DNA of 31,430 nt. Source: Elusimicrobiota bacterium. Lineage in GTDB: Bacteria; Elusimicrobiota; Elusimicrobia; UBA1565. Of this stretch, positions 15,874 through 23,552 are shown one piece after another. The first letter of the stretch is position 1, and each line of letters begins with the position of its first letter. The notes beneath the pieces were generated by a model that was not told where the DNA came from, ran no database searches, and worked only from the letters and a program-made list of their open reading frames with translations. The DNA is taken from assembly GCA_043827405.1 (NCBI GenBank), contig JBDRPD010000101.1, forward strand, positions 1 through 31,430, written 5' to 3'. A program made the translations under genes and the position numbers.

Positions 15874-18251
15874 TTCTTTCTCCTCGCCGCGGCGCGCGGC
15901 TCGGCGCACCTTTTGTACAGCTCCCAGCGGCAGATGCGCTCAAGGCGCTGCAGCGATCGCCGCGCCCCGCGCAGGCCCATTTCGACGTCCAGCAGGGAAA
16001 ACTGCGGCACGCCGGCCCGGGTCAGCCGCCGGTCGAAGAAGTACTCGGAGTATACCGCGTCCGGCCCGTTCTCCTGCAGCAGGCGGTGCAGCTCTTTGCG
16101 CTCGCGGAACCAGCGAATCCGGTGCCGGGAGCCGCTGTCTATTTTTGCGCGCGGCAGTTTGGGCGCCGTGCCTTCCACATAAGCGAGGTAGTCGATGCCG
16201 AATCCCATTTCCTTGAGCATGCCCACCAGCGGTACGCCCGCCGCGCCTGTCGGCCCCGCCAAGCGGTGGACTTTGTCGGCATCCACGACGAATCCCAGCC
16301 GGCGCTGCGCGATCCGTTCGCGGCCGGCCGTCCAGTCTTTCGCGATCAGGGAAGCCGCCAGCGACCAGGCCTCCGCGGCGGACGCTTCCTTGCCGCCGCA
16401 TTTCTGCGCGACTTCCATAAGCCAGCGGCGGGTGCCGCGCAGGCCGTACGGAGCGGTCGGCGTGATGCCGGGCAGGTCGACGTCGGCGAAGAGCTTGCTG
16501 TAGGTCGTCTGGAAGGCCGGGTCGGGATAGAAGACGTTGAGGCCGGCGCGGCGGAGCTTCACGGCGTCTTCGACGCTGAAGCGCGGCAGCAGGCAGACGT
16601 TGACGTCGATGCCGGCGTTCTCGAGCAGAAACTTCAGCTCGTCGCGCGGCCGGCCGGGCGGGAAACCGATCAGGTTGACGCGCCGCGGCTGCGGCTTGCA
16701 GCCGCGGAACTCCTTGCTCGCTTTGACGCGCTGGAAAAGGACCTCCATGGGGTCTTCGTAATGGTCGGCGGAAGGGTTGTTGTAGATGATCGGGATATTC
16801 GTCTTCTTGCGGTAGCGCGCAACGAGCCCCGGCGTATCGTCGCCGATCACGGTCGGGACGCAGGTGGAGGTCACGATCACGGCCTGCTTGCCCTCCAGGT
16901 TGTCCATCGCCATGTCGAGAGCTTCCTTCAGCTTGCCGCTCCCGCCCGCCATCACGTCGGTGTCCACGATGTCGGTCGAGATGCACAGGTAGTCGTCGCT
17001 GCGCCGCTTCTGCGTCTTCCAGCGCGCCGCCCAGGGGACATTGAAGGGGACCATATGGCCGTCGTCGTAGTACGGCGAGGCGTAGTTGCACTCGAGGTCC
17101 TCGTGCGAGACGCCGACGATGGGCGCATCCAGGTACATCTGCTGCTCCTGGCTGCGCCAGGTCTCGCGATCGGCGAAGAACTGCCGCCACTGCTCGGGAT
17201 CGCCCCAAACCTTGCCGTGCGGGCCCTCGGCGTGCTTCTTGTCCTTGGCTTTGGCCCACACCGACATAATTTTTTCCAGCCGATCATCCTCTTTCGCCGG
17301 CGGGGGAAGCTTTTGCCGTCCGGATGCCGCCAGCGGAGCGGCCGCGGCGCGGTTGACCGCGATGTCGGGCGTGTCGTCGTAGGCCTGGGGCGCGCGTCCG
17401 GGCGCATGCTCGCGGCGCTCGCCCTTGAACTCGCGGCGCGAGAGGTCGAGGAACTCCCGGTCGGACAGCGGAACCGGCATCTTGGCCTGCGCGACGTCCA
17501 GCTCCCAGAGGATGTCCGCGAGTTCGCCGATCTTGCGCGAGAAGGCGGCGCGGGGGTTGTAGTCGACGACGGTTCGCCGCTCGTACTCGGCTTTGCGCAC
17601 CTCAAGGTCGCGCGGCAGGTAGGTCAGGATGTTGCTGTGGATGAGCTGCGTGAAGCGCACCAGCGTCCCCGCGCTCTCCTCTTCGTCGCTGTGATCTTTA
17701 AGGTTCGCGATGATGCCGCACAGGCCGATGCCGTTGGAGGCATAGTTCACGATCGCCCGGCAGATATTGTTGCAGGCGTAAAGCGCCATCATCTCTTCGG
17801 ACGCGACGATGACCACCTTGTCGGCGAAGCCGAGCTTGAGCGGCGCCGCGAAGCCGCCGCAGACCACGTCGCCGAGCACGTCGAAAATCATCACGTCGTA
17901 GGCGTCGTCCGACATCATGCCGCAGCTCTCCATCATCTCGATGGTGCGCGAGATGCCGCGGCCGGCGCAGCCGATGCCGGGCTCGGGTCCGCCGGACTCG
18001 ATGCAGTCGACTCCCAGCCGCCCTCTAACGACCAGCTGTTCGCGTTTGGCGGACAGGTCCAGGAATCCCGACAGCTCGACCGCGGTCTTGATGGGTTTGC
18101 CGTCGGTCAGGTTGATCGTCGTGTCGTGCTTGGGATCGCAGCCGACGAGCAGGACCTTCTTGCCCTGCGCGGAGTAGGCCGCCGCGAGGTTTGAACAAGC
18201 GGTAGATTTTCCGATGCCGCCTTTGCCGAATACGACAAGCTTCATGCTCAT
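15870..18251 (-). CDS. Fusion of a NifH/BchL-like Fe protein and a NifD-like component 1 subunit, copy 1
   Basis: Motifs GKGGIGKST, GCDPKHDTT, ESGGPEPGIGCAGRG and DVLGDVVCGGFAAP, then a linker, then WGDPEQWRQFFADRE, HEDLEC, STDIVDTDVMAGG and STCVPTVIGDD. The start could be 18245. Confidence 0.9.
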   Translation of the reverse strand: MSMKLVVFGKGGIGKSTACSNLAAAYSAQGKKVLLVGCDPKHDTTINLTDGKPIKTAVELSGFLDLSAKREQLVVRGRLGVDCIESGGPEPGIGCAGRGISRTIEMMESCGMMSDDAYDVMIFDVLGDVVCGGFAAPLKLGFADKVVIVASEEMMALYACNNICRAIVNYASNGIGLCGIIANLKDHSDEEESAGTLVRFTQLIHSNILTYLPRDLEVRKAEYERRTVVDYNPRAAFSRKIGELADILWELDVAQAKMPVPLSDREFLDLSRREFKGERREHAPGRAPQAYDDTPDIAVNRAAAAPLAASGRQKLPPPAKEDDRLEKIMSVWAKAKDKKHAEGPHGKVWGDPEQWRQFFADRETWRSQEQQMYLDAPIVGVSHEDLECNYASPYYDDGHMVPFNVPWAARWKTQKRRSDDYLCISTDIVDTDVMAGGSGKLKEALDMAMDNLEGKQAVIVTSTCVPTVIGDDTPGLVARYRKKTNIPIIYNNPSADHYEDPMEVLFQRVKASKEFRGCKPQPRRVNLIGFPPGRPRDELKFLLENAGIDVNVCLLPRFSVEDAVKLRRAGLNVFYPDPAFQTTYSKLFADVDLPGITPTAPYGLRGTRRWLMEVAQKCGGKEASAAEAWSLAASLIAKDWTAGRERIAQRRLGFVVDADKVHRLAGPTGAAGVPLVGMLKEMGFGIDYLAYVEGTAPKLPRAKIDSGSRHRIRWFRERKELHRLLQENGPDAVYSEYFFDRRLTRAGVPQFSLLDVEMGLRGARRSLQRLERICRWELYKRCAEPRAAARRKK

Positions 18252-18343
18252 GTGTTTGCTGATGCGCGGTGAAGATGAAACGGAAAATCAGGCTGTTTTC
18301 GGCGCTGTTATCCCGAGCGGGCACGACGTCGGGCAGCCCCATG

Positions 18344-18349
18344 AGTTTA
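18344..18349 (-). promoter_or_regulatory. Putative -10 element (TAAACT) of the leftward operon
   Basis: TAAACT on the minus strand. It places the ATGAC-N4-GTCAT box at exactly -41.5. Confidence 0.5.
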
Positions 18350-18368
18350 TCCTTCCGGGTGTGTCGAG

Positions 18369-18410
18369 TCCATGACATATGTCATATTGAAATATGACCG
18401 TCGTCATGGA
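18369..18410. promoter_or_regulatory. Tandem Crp/Fnr-type operator: two ATGAC-N4-GTCAT boxes (18372-18385, 18394-18407) inside a 42-bp dyad
   Basis: Sequence TCCATGAC-atat-GTCATATT-ga-AATATGAC-cgtc-GTCATGGA. The boxes are 22 bp apart. Confidence 0.7.
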
Positions 18411-18429
18411 GTCGCTGCGGCCTTGGCAT

Positions 18430-18493
18430 GTGATCTAGAGCAGAAAATTATATGATAGATGTCAGAGTTTCGCGGAAAATCTTCTCCTATACT
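18430..18493 (+). promoter_or_regulatory. Putative rightward promoter: degenerate Crp/Fnr boxes at 18430-18443 and 18452-18465, plus -10 TATACT at 18488-18493
   Basis: GTGAT-ctag-AGCAG (within the CRP-like aTGTGATCTAGAgcaga) and ATGAT-agat-GTCAG are 22 bp apart. They centre at -63.5 and -41.5 relative to TATACT. Confidence 0.5.
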
Positions 18494-18502
18494 ATCAGAG
18501 TT

Positions 18503-19885
18503 ATGCCGGTAAAGGCAGCTAACAGCCGTAAGGCCCCCGCCGATCTGAATTTGGATCCAAAGCTGCAGGAAAGCGACGAGACGTTCTGGCAGCAGCAGGA
18601 GGGCCGCATGACCCGGCAGATCGGGCAGCCCTGCTGCACGCTCTCCGGCATGACGCATCTGCTCATCGAGATGCCCGGCAATTTCGCCGTCGTGCTGCAC
18701 TCCGAGCGCGACTGCGCGAACTGTTTTCTGAATACCCACGGGGTGTCCGGACGAAACTTCTACTCGGTCGGCATCACGCAGCCGCAGTTTTCGTCGGGGC
18801 GGATGGGCGAACCGCTGCGCCGCTGCCTCGAGCTGGTGATCCGCCACCGCAAGCCCGACGCGGTTTTCGTTTTGGGCAGCTGCCTCGTTGAGATGGTTTA
18901 CGATACGTTCGATATGGTCTGCGCGGAAACGGCGAAAACGACCGGGACGCCGGTCATCGCGCTGCGTACGAGCGGGCTCCGGCACGGTTCCCAGGCGGCG
19001 ATGGTGGATTGGCTCTACAGCACGCTCGCAGGGCTGGCCGCCAGCAGGACGAGCGCGGTTCCCGAAGGGAAAAAGGGCTTGTCCAAGCGCTTGAACCTGA
19101 TCGGGATGCCCCATCTCAACAGCGAGCCGGTCCGCCGCGAGCTGACGGGTTTTCTGCACGCAGCCGGGCTCGCGATTAACGGCGTCTATCCTTACGAGGC
19201 GGGCTTTGAGGATTGGCTGAAGGTGGGGCGCGCCTCGGCGAATGTCGTCGTCGACAGCTCGCTGTATCCCAAGCTGCTGGCGGCGCTGGGCGCATTGAAG
19301 ATGACGTCGGTTGAGGTGCCGCTGCCGGTGGGAATCGAATCGACCTCGCGCTTTTTTGCCGTGATCGGCAAGCAGTTCGGAGTCGCCAAAAGTCTGAGCG
19401 GCGCCTGCGCGGCGGCGGTGGAGACGGCACAGCGGCGCCTGGCGGCGTTTCGCAAGCGCTTTGGCGGGCTGAAGGTCGCCGTGGGCCTGCGCATGGTCAA
19501 CAACTACCGGGTGGATCAGCTCGCATACGACGGGCTGGGCGATATCGCCACCTTCGTCGAGGCGGGCTTCGAGGTCCGGCTGTTTATTCAGGGGCCGGGG
19601 GATCGGAAATCACGCCGGCATTTCGCCGACCGTCTCAAGCAGCTCGGCTGCGCGCTGCCGTTCGAGATATTCCCCGATCCCTACGATCTGCCGCCGCTGC
19701 TGCAGGCCGACCGGCCGGACGTGGCGTACCTGGCGGATCATGCCCGCTGGGAGACGACTAAAATCGGCATCCCGCTTATTCAGAGCCGTTCGCTCGAGCC
19801 GCTCTACAGCGGGGCGGTGCGCAATTTCGACTATTTCGACAAGGTTTTGACGCAGATCGGACGGAGCCGGAGGGGGAGGAGGTAG
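18503..19885 (+). CDS. Nitrogenase component 1-like alpha subunit (NifD/NifE/BchN/CfbD-like) with three cluster Cys
   Basis: Motifs QPCCTLSG, LHSERDCAN, LGSCLVEMVYD, LNLIG and LPVGIESTSRF. Start set at ATG 18503 because the ORF-track start at 18452 lies inside the predicted promoter. Confidence 0.82.
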   Translation: MPVKAANSRKAPADLNLDPKLQESDETFWQQQEGRMTRQIGQPCCTLSGMTHLLIEMPGNFAVVLHSERDCANCFLNTHGVSGRNFYSVGITQPQFSSGRMGEPLRRCLELVIRHRKPDAVFVLGSCLVEMVYDTFDMVCAETAKTTGTPVIALRTSGLRHGSQAAMVDWLYSTLAGLAASRTSAVPEGKKGLSKRLNLIGMPHLNSEPVRRELTGFLHAAGLAINGVYPYEAGFEDWLKVGRASANVVVDSSLYPKLLAALGALKMTSVEVPLPVGIESTSRFFAVIGKQFGVAKSLSGACAAAVETAQRRLAAFRKRFGGLKVAVGLRMVNNYRVDQLAYDGLGDIATFVEAGFEVRLFIQGPGDRKSRRHFADRLKQLGCALPFEIFPDPYDLPPLLQADRPDVAYLADHARWETTKIGIPLIQSRSLEPLYSGAVRNFDYFDKVLTQIGRSRRGRR

Positions 19886-19889
19886 AAAG

Positions 19890-20990
19890 ATGAGATGCGG
19901 GTTGATGATCGTTTTGTGCGGCGGGTTGCTGGCGCCGGCGGCGGCGGAGAAGCCGGCCGGCCTGACGGACGCGCAGCAGGCGCGCTACGTGACGGCGGGT
20001 GAGTTCCTCATCGCGGACAAGTTCGAAGCGGAGCGTTTTGCGCGCATCCTCGCCGATCTGCCGGCGCTTAAGAAAGAGGATTCCGCGCTGTACCGGGATA
20101 TCCGCTCGGCGCTCAAGAAGCGGACGGGGGACAAGGCCAAGCCGCTGCTGGATTACTTCGAGCGCTACGTCGACGATCCCTGTATTCGCGACGAGGTCGG
20201 CCGCTCGCATGACGATGAAAACTTCGACTACTTCTACCAGCGGACCGTCGCGGGGGAGATCGAGCTGAAGGCGGTATGCAAGGACATCAAAAAGGGACGC
20301 AACGAGGAAGCGGCGAAGCCGCTCGATGCGATGATCAAGCGTGTTCCGATGAACACGGTCGCTTACCTGCACCGGGCGATCGTGCGCCTGCGGTCCGGCG
20401 ATGCGGCGGGAGCGGGCGGCGATTATCGCGAGGCGCTGAAGACCCCGGTGGGGAAGACGGAGGCGTCCGCCAGTTGTCTGTGCTGCAAGTCCTTGGCTCC
20501 CGACCTGGCGCAGTTGCAGGAGCGCCGCGCTCTGAGCGAGGCCGCGAAGAAAGCGGGGACTTCGCTGTTTATCGACGGCAATGCCGCCGGCGCGCTCGCC
20601 AAGTTCGATGAGGCGCTGCGGCATGATCCGGGCGACCCGGAAGCTTTCGTGAGCCGCGCGGTCGCGCGGCAGAAGACCGGCGGCGAGCCGGCGCTGGCGG
20701 TCGCGGATTACCACGCGGCGTCCAAGTTCGCGGTCGCGGCGGGACGCTGGGACCTCGCGGCGGACGCGCTGCTCAGCAGCGCGCAGGTGAGCGGCGTCGA
20801 TGAAAAGGCGGTGCTGCCGGTAACCGTCGCCAGGATCGAGGAGATGATCGTGATGACAACTCCCGAATGGCAGGAGAAGCTGGCTAAGGAGCTGCAAACT
20901 CTGCGGCCGCGCTTGCAGAAAATCCTGCCGCCGCCCGCCGAGAAGAAGCCCGCGCCGGGGATAGAACCGGAGGGAAAAAAGGCGCCGTGA
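19890..20990 (+). CDS. TPR-repeat protein with a predicted N-terminal signal peptide
   Basis: Signal-like N-terminus MRCGLMIVLCGGLLAPAAA|EK. TPR patterns AYLHRAIVRLRSGDAAGAGGDYREAL and ALAKFDEALRHDPGDPEAFVSRAVA. GGAGGAGG RBS. Confidence 0.75.
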   Translation: MRCGLMIVLCGGLLAPAAAEKPAGLTDAQQARYVTAGEFLIADKFEAERFARILADLPALKKEDSALYRDIRSALKKRTGDKAKPLLDYFERYVDDPCIRDEVGRSHDDENFDYFYQRTVAGEIELKAVCKDIKKGRNEEAAKPLDAMIKRVPMNTVAYLHRAIVRLRSGDAAGAGGDYREALKTPVGKTEASASCLCCKSLAPDLAQLQERRALSEAAKKAGTSLFIDGNAAGALAKFDEALRHDPGDPEAFVSRAVARQKTGGEPALAVADYHAASKFAVAAGRWDLAADALLSSAQVSGVDEKAVLPVTVARIEEMIVMTTPEWQEKLAKELQTLRPRLQKILPPPAEKKPAPGIEPEGKKAP

Positions 20991-22333
20991 GCGCGCAGCG
21001 GACCGTCGACCAAGAGCTGGCTGAGCTTGAGGGTTTCGCCCTCAAGACGCACGCGTATTGCCGTTTGACGGGGGCGAGCTTGGCGATGCATGCCATTCCG
21101 GACGCCTTCCTTGTGCTGCATGTGGGCGTGGGCTGCAAATATAAGGGCGCGGGACAGTTTACCCTGCACGATCTCGCCCGCGTGGCGCATCACCGGGAAA
21201 ACTATACCGAAGTCAACGACCGCGCCTTGATCCAGGGCTCGGGCGACCGGGTCGGAATCTACGTGCGCAACTTCTACCGCAAGCGCCGGCCGCGGTTTAT
21301 GGCGGTGGCGACGATGACGTTTCTCGAGATGACCGGCGAGGACTTCGGCCGCGCCGTGCGGGACGCGGCCAAGACCGTGCCGTGTCCGGTCGCTTATGTG
21401 CCGACGCCCGGGTTCGAGGGCGACCTGTACGCGGGCTACGCCGCCGTTATTCGCGAGGTGCTCAAGCTCGTGCCGTTTAAGAAGACCAAGCCGGTGCGCG
21501 GGCGGATCGGGATCATCGGCTATCCGTTCGACCGCTACGAGATGGACCATGCCGGCAATCTGCAGCAGCTGCGCCATCTCCTGGAATCGATCGGGCTCGA
21601 GCCGGGCCCGGTGTTTTTGAGCGGACGTCCCATGGCCGAGCTGCTGCGGGCGGGCAGCTGCGAGAAGTTCGTTGTTTTCCCATATATGCGGCCGGGGCTC
21701 GACGAACTCAAAGATCTCGTCGGCGGGCGTCCTCTGATCGCGACCGATATCCCCGTCGGCGTGTCCGGGACCTTTCGCTGGCTGCATGACGTCGGCCGCG
21801 CTTGCGGCGTCGGCCGGGGCGTGCTGGAGAAGGCTTTACGGACGCAGAAGGATTATGCGCGTCCGCAGCTGGATATGTTCCGCAACTACATCGGCCACCG
21901 GATCGGGAGCGCGCGGGCCGCGATATTCGCCGCTACCCCGCTGGCGGCCGGTCTGACGGCGCTGACCTCCGAGCTGGGTATGAACCCCCTGCTGGTCGGG
22001 CTGCGGGACCGGGATCTGGGGGGACGGGCGGCATTTGCCGAGGCGGTCGGCCGGACCGGAGTGCGTCCGCCCGTCGACCTGGATGTCGTGGAGACCCCGA
22101 GCCTGGACCTCACGTGCAGGAAGGTGCAGGCGCTGCGCGATGCGGGCCGGCTGTCGGTCCTGTTTTCATCCTCTGCGGAAAAGAACTGCGTCGCCGCCGG
22201 CGGAGGCTCGCTGCCGCCGCATATCGAGATCGGCTTTCCGTCGCAGTCGTACCATGTGCTGTATCCGGAGCCATTTTACGGTATCGGCGGAAGTCTCGTG
22301 CTGGCTCAACGGATAATGAACTCTGTGCGTTAG
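20987..22333 (+). CDS. Nitrogenase component 1-like beta subunit (NifK/NifN-like)
   Basis: Motifs YCRLTGASLAMHAIPDAFLVLHVGVGC, TEVNDRALIQG, EMTGEDF, PTPGFEGDLYAGY and IEIGFPS...PFYG. GTGA overlap. Confidence 0.85.
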   Translation: MSAQRTVDQELAELEGFALKTHAYCRLTGASLAMHAIPDAFLVLHVGVGCKYKGAGQFTLHDLARVAHHRENYTEVNDRALIQGSGDRVGIYVRNFYRKRRPRFMAVATMTFLEMTGEDFGRAVRDAAKTVPCPVAYVPTPGFEGDLYAGYAAVIREVLKLVPFKKTKPVRGRIGIIGYPFDRYEMDHAGNLQQLRHLLESIGLEPGPVFLSGRPMAELLRAGSCEKFVVFPYMRPGLDELKDLVGGRPLIATDIPVGVSGTFRWLHDVGRACGVGRGVLEKALRTQKDYARPQLDMFRNYIGHRIGSARAAIFAATPLAAGLTALTSELGMNPLLVGLRDRDLGGRAAFAEAVGRTGVRPPVDLDVVETPSLDLTCRKVQALRDAGRLSVLFSSSAEKNCVAAGGGSLPPHIEIGFPSQSYHVLYPEPFYGIGGSLVLAQRIMNSVR

Positions 22334-22345
22334 CGGGGCCGCGTT

Positions 22346-23116
22346 ATGAATCCGGGATATCATCGATCGACCATGAAACGGAAGGGCTTGGGACTCGCCG
22401 ATCCGCGGGTCTACTGCAAGGGCTGTCCGGTGCTGCAGACCGGATTTTTCGGCGCCCTCAACAGCGAGTCCAAAGCGGCCCTGACCTGCATGATGGAGTA
22501 CGGGCATTATATCCCGCGCCAGATCCTCTACCAGGAGGGAAATCCGGCGACCCGAATTTACGCGGTCAAGACCGGCTATGTGAAGACGTACCGGACGCAT
22601 CCGCTGGGCAAGCACCAGGTGATTCAGATCGCGAAGGGCGGAGATGTTCTGAACCTTGAGAGCGTGCACGGCCGGCAGTGCACCGTTACGGCGGAGGTCC
22701 TGACCAATTCCGAGATATGCTTTCTCGAGGTGCGTCAGCTGATGGAGCGCGCCAAGCGCAGCGGCGCGCTCGCGATGGAGATCATTCAAATCCTGGCGGC
22801 GGCGATCGTGGATTCGCAGCAGCGCATTCTTGATTTCGGCACGCTGGACGCCAAGGCGCGCTTCGCCGGCTTTCTGCTGGATATGCTGCCGGAAGAGGCC
22901 GTCGCCGCGGCGGCGAGCGGCGGCCCGCGGCGCGGCGGGAAGGAGGCGGGTTTTCGCCTGCCTTTGACGCGCCATGAGATCGCGGATTTGATCGGCGTGC
23001 GCCTGGAGACGATTTCCCGGCTGTTCCAGCTGTTCAAGGAAAAGAAGATTATCGCGGCGGATTGCCGGCAGGTGCGGGTGCTGAATGCCGGCAAGCTGGC
23101 CGAATTGGCGAAGTAG
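22346..23116 (+). CDS. Crp/Fnr family transcriptional regulator, FNR-like
   Basis: N-terminal CKGC, a cNMP-like domain (LYQEGNPATRIYAVKTGYVK), AEVLTNSEICF, and HTH LTRHEIADLIGVRLETISR. The start could be 22373. Confidence 0.9.
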   Translation: MNPGYHRSTMKRKGLGLADPRVYCKGCPVLQTGFFGALNSESKAALTCMMEYGHYIPRQILYQEGNPATRIYAVKTGYVKTYRTHPLGKHQVIQIAKGGDVLNLESVHGRQCTVTAEVLTNSEICFLEVRQLMERAKRSGALAMEIIQILAAAIVDSQQRILDFGTLDAKARFAGFLLDMLPEEAVAAAASGGPRRGGKEAGFRLPLTRHEIADLIGVRLETISRLFQLFKEKKIIAADCRQVRVLNAGKLAELAK

Positions 23117-23131
23117 CTGTCCGGAGGTTTT

Positions 23132-23524
23132 ATGAATAACGACAGGCAGGAAGAGCGCAGGGAACATGGTGCGGCGGCCGAGCCGGGCGACTGCGGTCAC
23201 CGGTCCGAAAGGCGGCCGGGTCCGGATGGAACCCCGCGGCCGCACTACGACGGCCCCCGCACCACGGAAGAGTACCTGGTGCGCGAATGGCAGGTCGCTT
23301 ACGAGCGCGCCTGCGGCGAGCTTCGCGTCGAGATCCTCAAGGAGAAGCTGCGTAAGACCTGGGGCAAGAGCCTGGAGAAGGTCGCCGGAGAGGTCGACCG
23401 CCTGATGTGGAAGGACTGGGAGCTAAGCCGGAAGGACGGCGATCATTGCGCGGAGCGGGAGGCTCTCGTCAAAGAGCTCGCCAAGAAGATCATGGATTCT
23501 TATGCGCAGGGTCCGCGCCGTTAG
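23132..23524 (+). CDS. Hypothetical protein (130 aa; disordered N-terminus, helical C-terminus)
   Basis: GGAGG RBS. Fills the gap between the regulator and the CoA-transferase. No family recognised. Confidence 0.65.
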   Translation: MNNDRQEERREHGAAAEPGDCGHRSERRPGPDGTPRPHYDGPRTTEEYLVREWQVAYERACGELRVEILKEKLRKTWGKSLEKVAGEVDRLMWKDWELSRKDGDHCAEREALVKELAKKIMDSYAQGPRR

Positions 23525-23552
23525 GCGCCCCGGCGCCGGCATAGGGAGGAGC

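Noticed and set aside
87..18194. Long plus-strand ORFs (87-1073, 982-2298, 9846-11444, 16086-18194 and others)
   Set aside because: These are antisense shadows of well-supported minus-strand genes, expected in high-GC DNA, and have no motifs.
18252..18337. Riboswitch (B12 or SAM) in the leader of the leftward operon
   Set aside because: Only a short CCCGA/TCGGG hairpin is present, with no recognisable B12-box or SAM motif. A covariance-model search would be needed.
18423..18441. Sigma-54 promoter starting TTGGCATG
   Set aside because: There is no GC at the required GG-N10-GC spacing.
8236..22333. A true nitrogen fixation (nifHDKEN) cluster
   Set aside because: No FeMo-co ligands are visible and the P-cluster Cys sets are incomplete. 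There is no nifB, nifX, nifV or PII gene in the window, and the H-D fusions are non-canonical.
8236..22333. Bacteriochlorophyll (bchLNB/bchXYZ) or F430 (cfbCD) operon
   Set aside because: The Fe proteins have GCAGRG rather than the BchL motif. No chelatase, photosynthesis or cfbABE genes are nearby.
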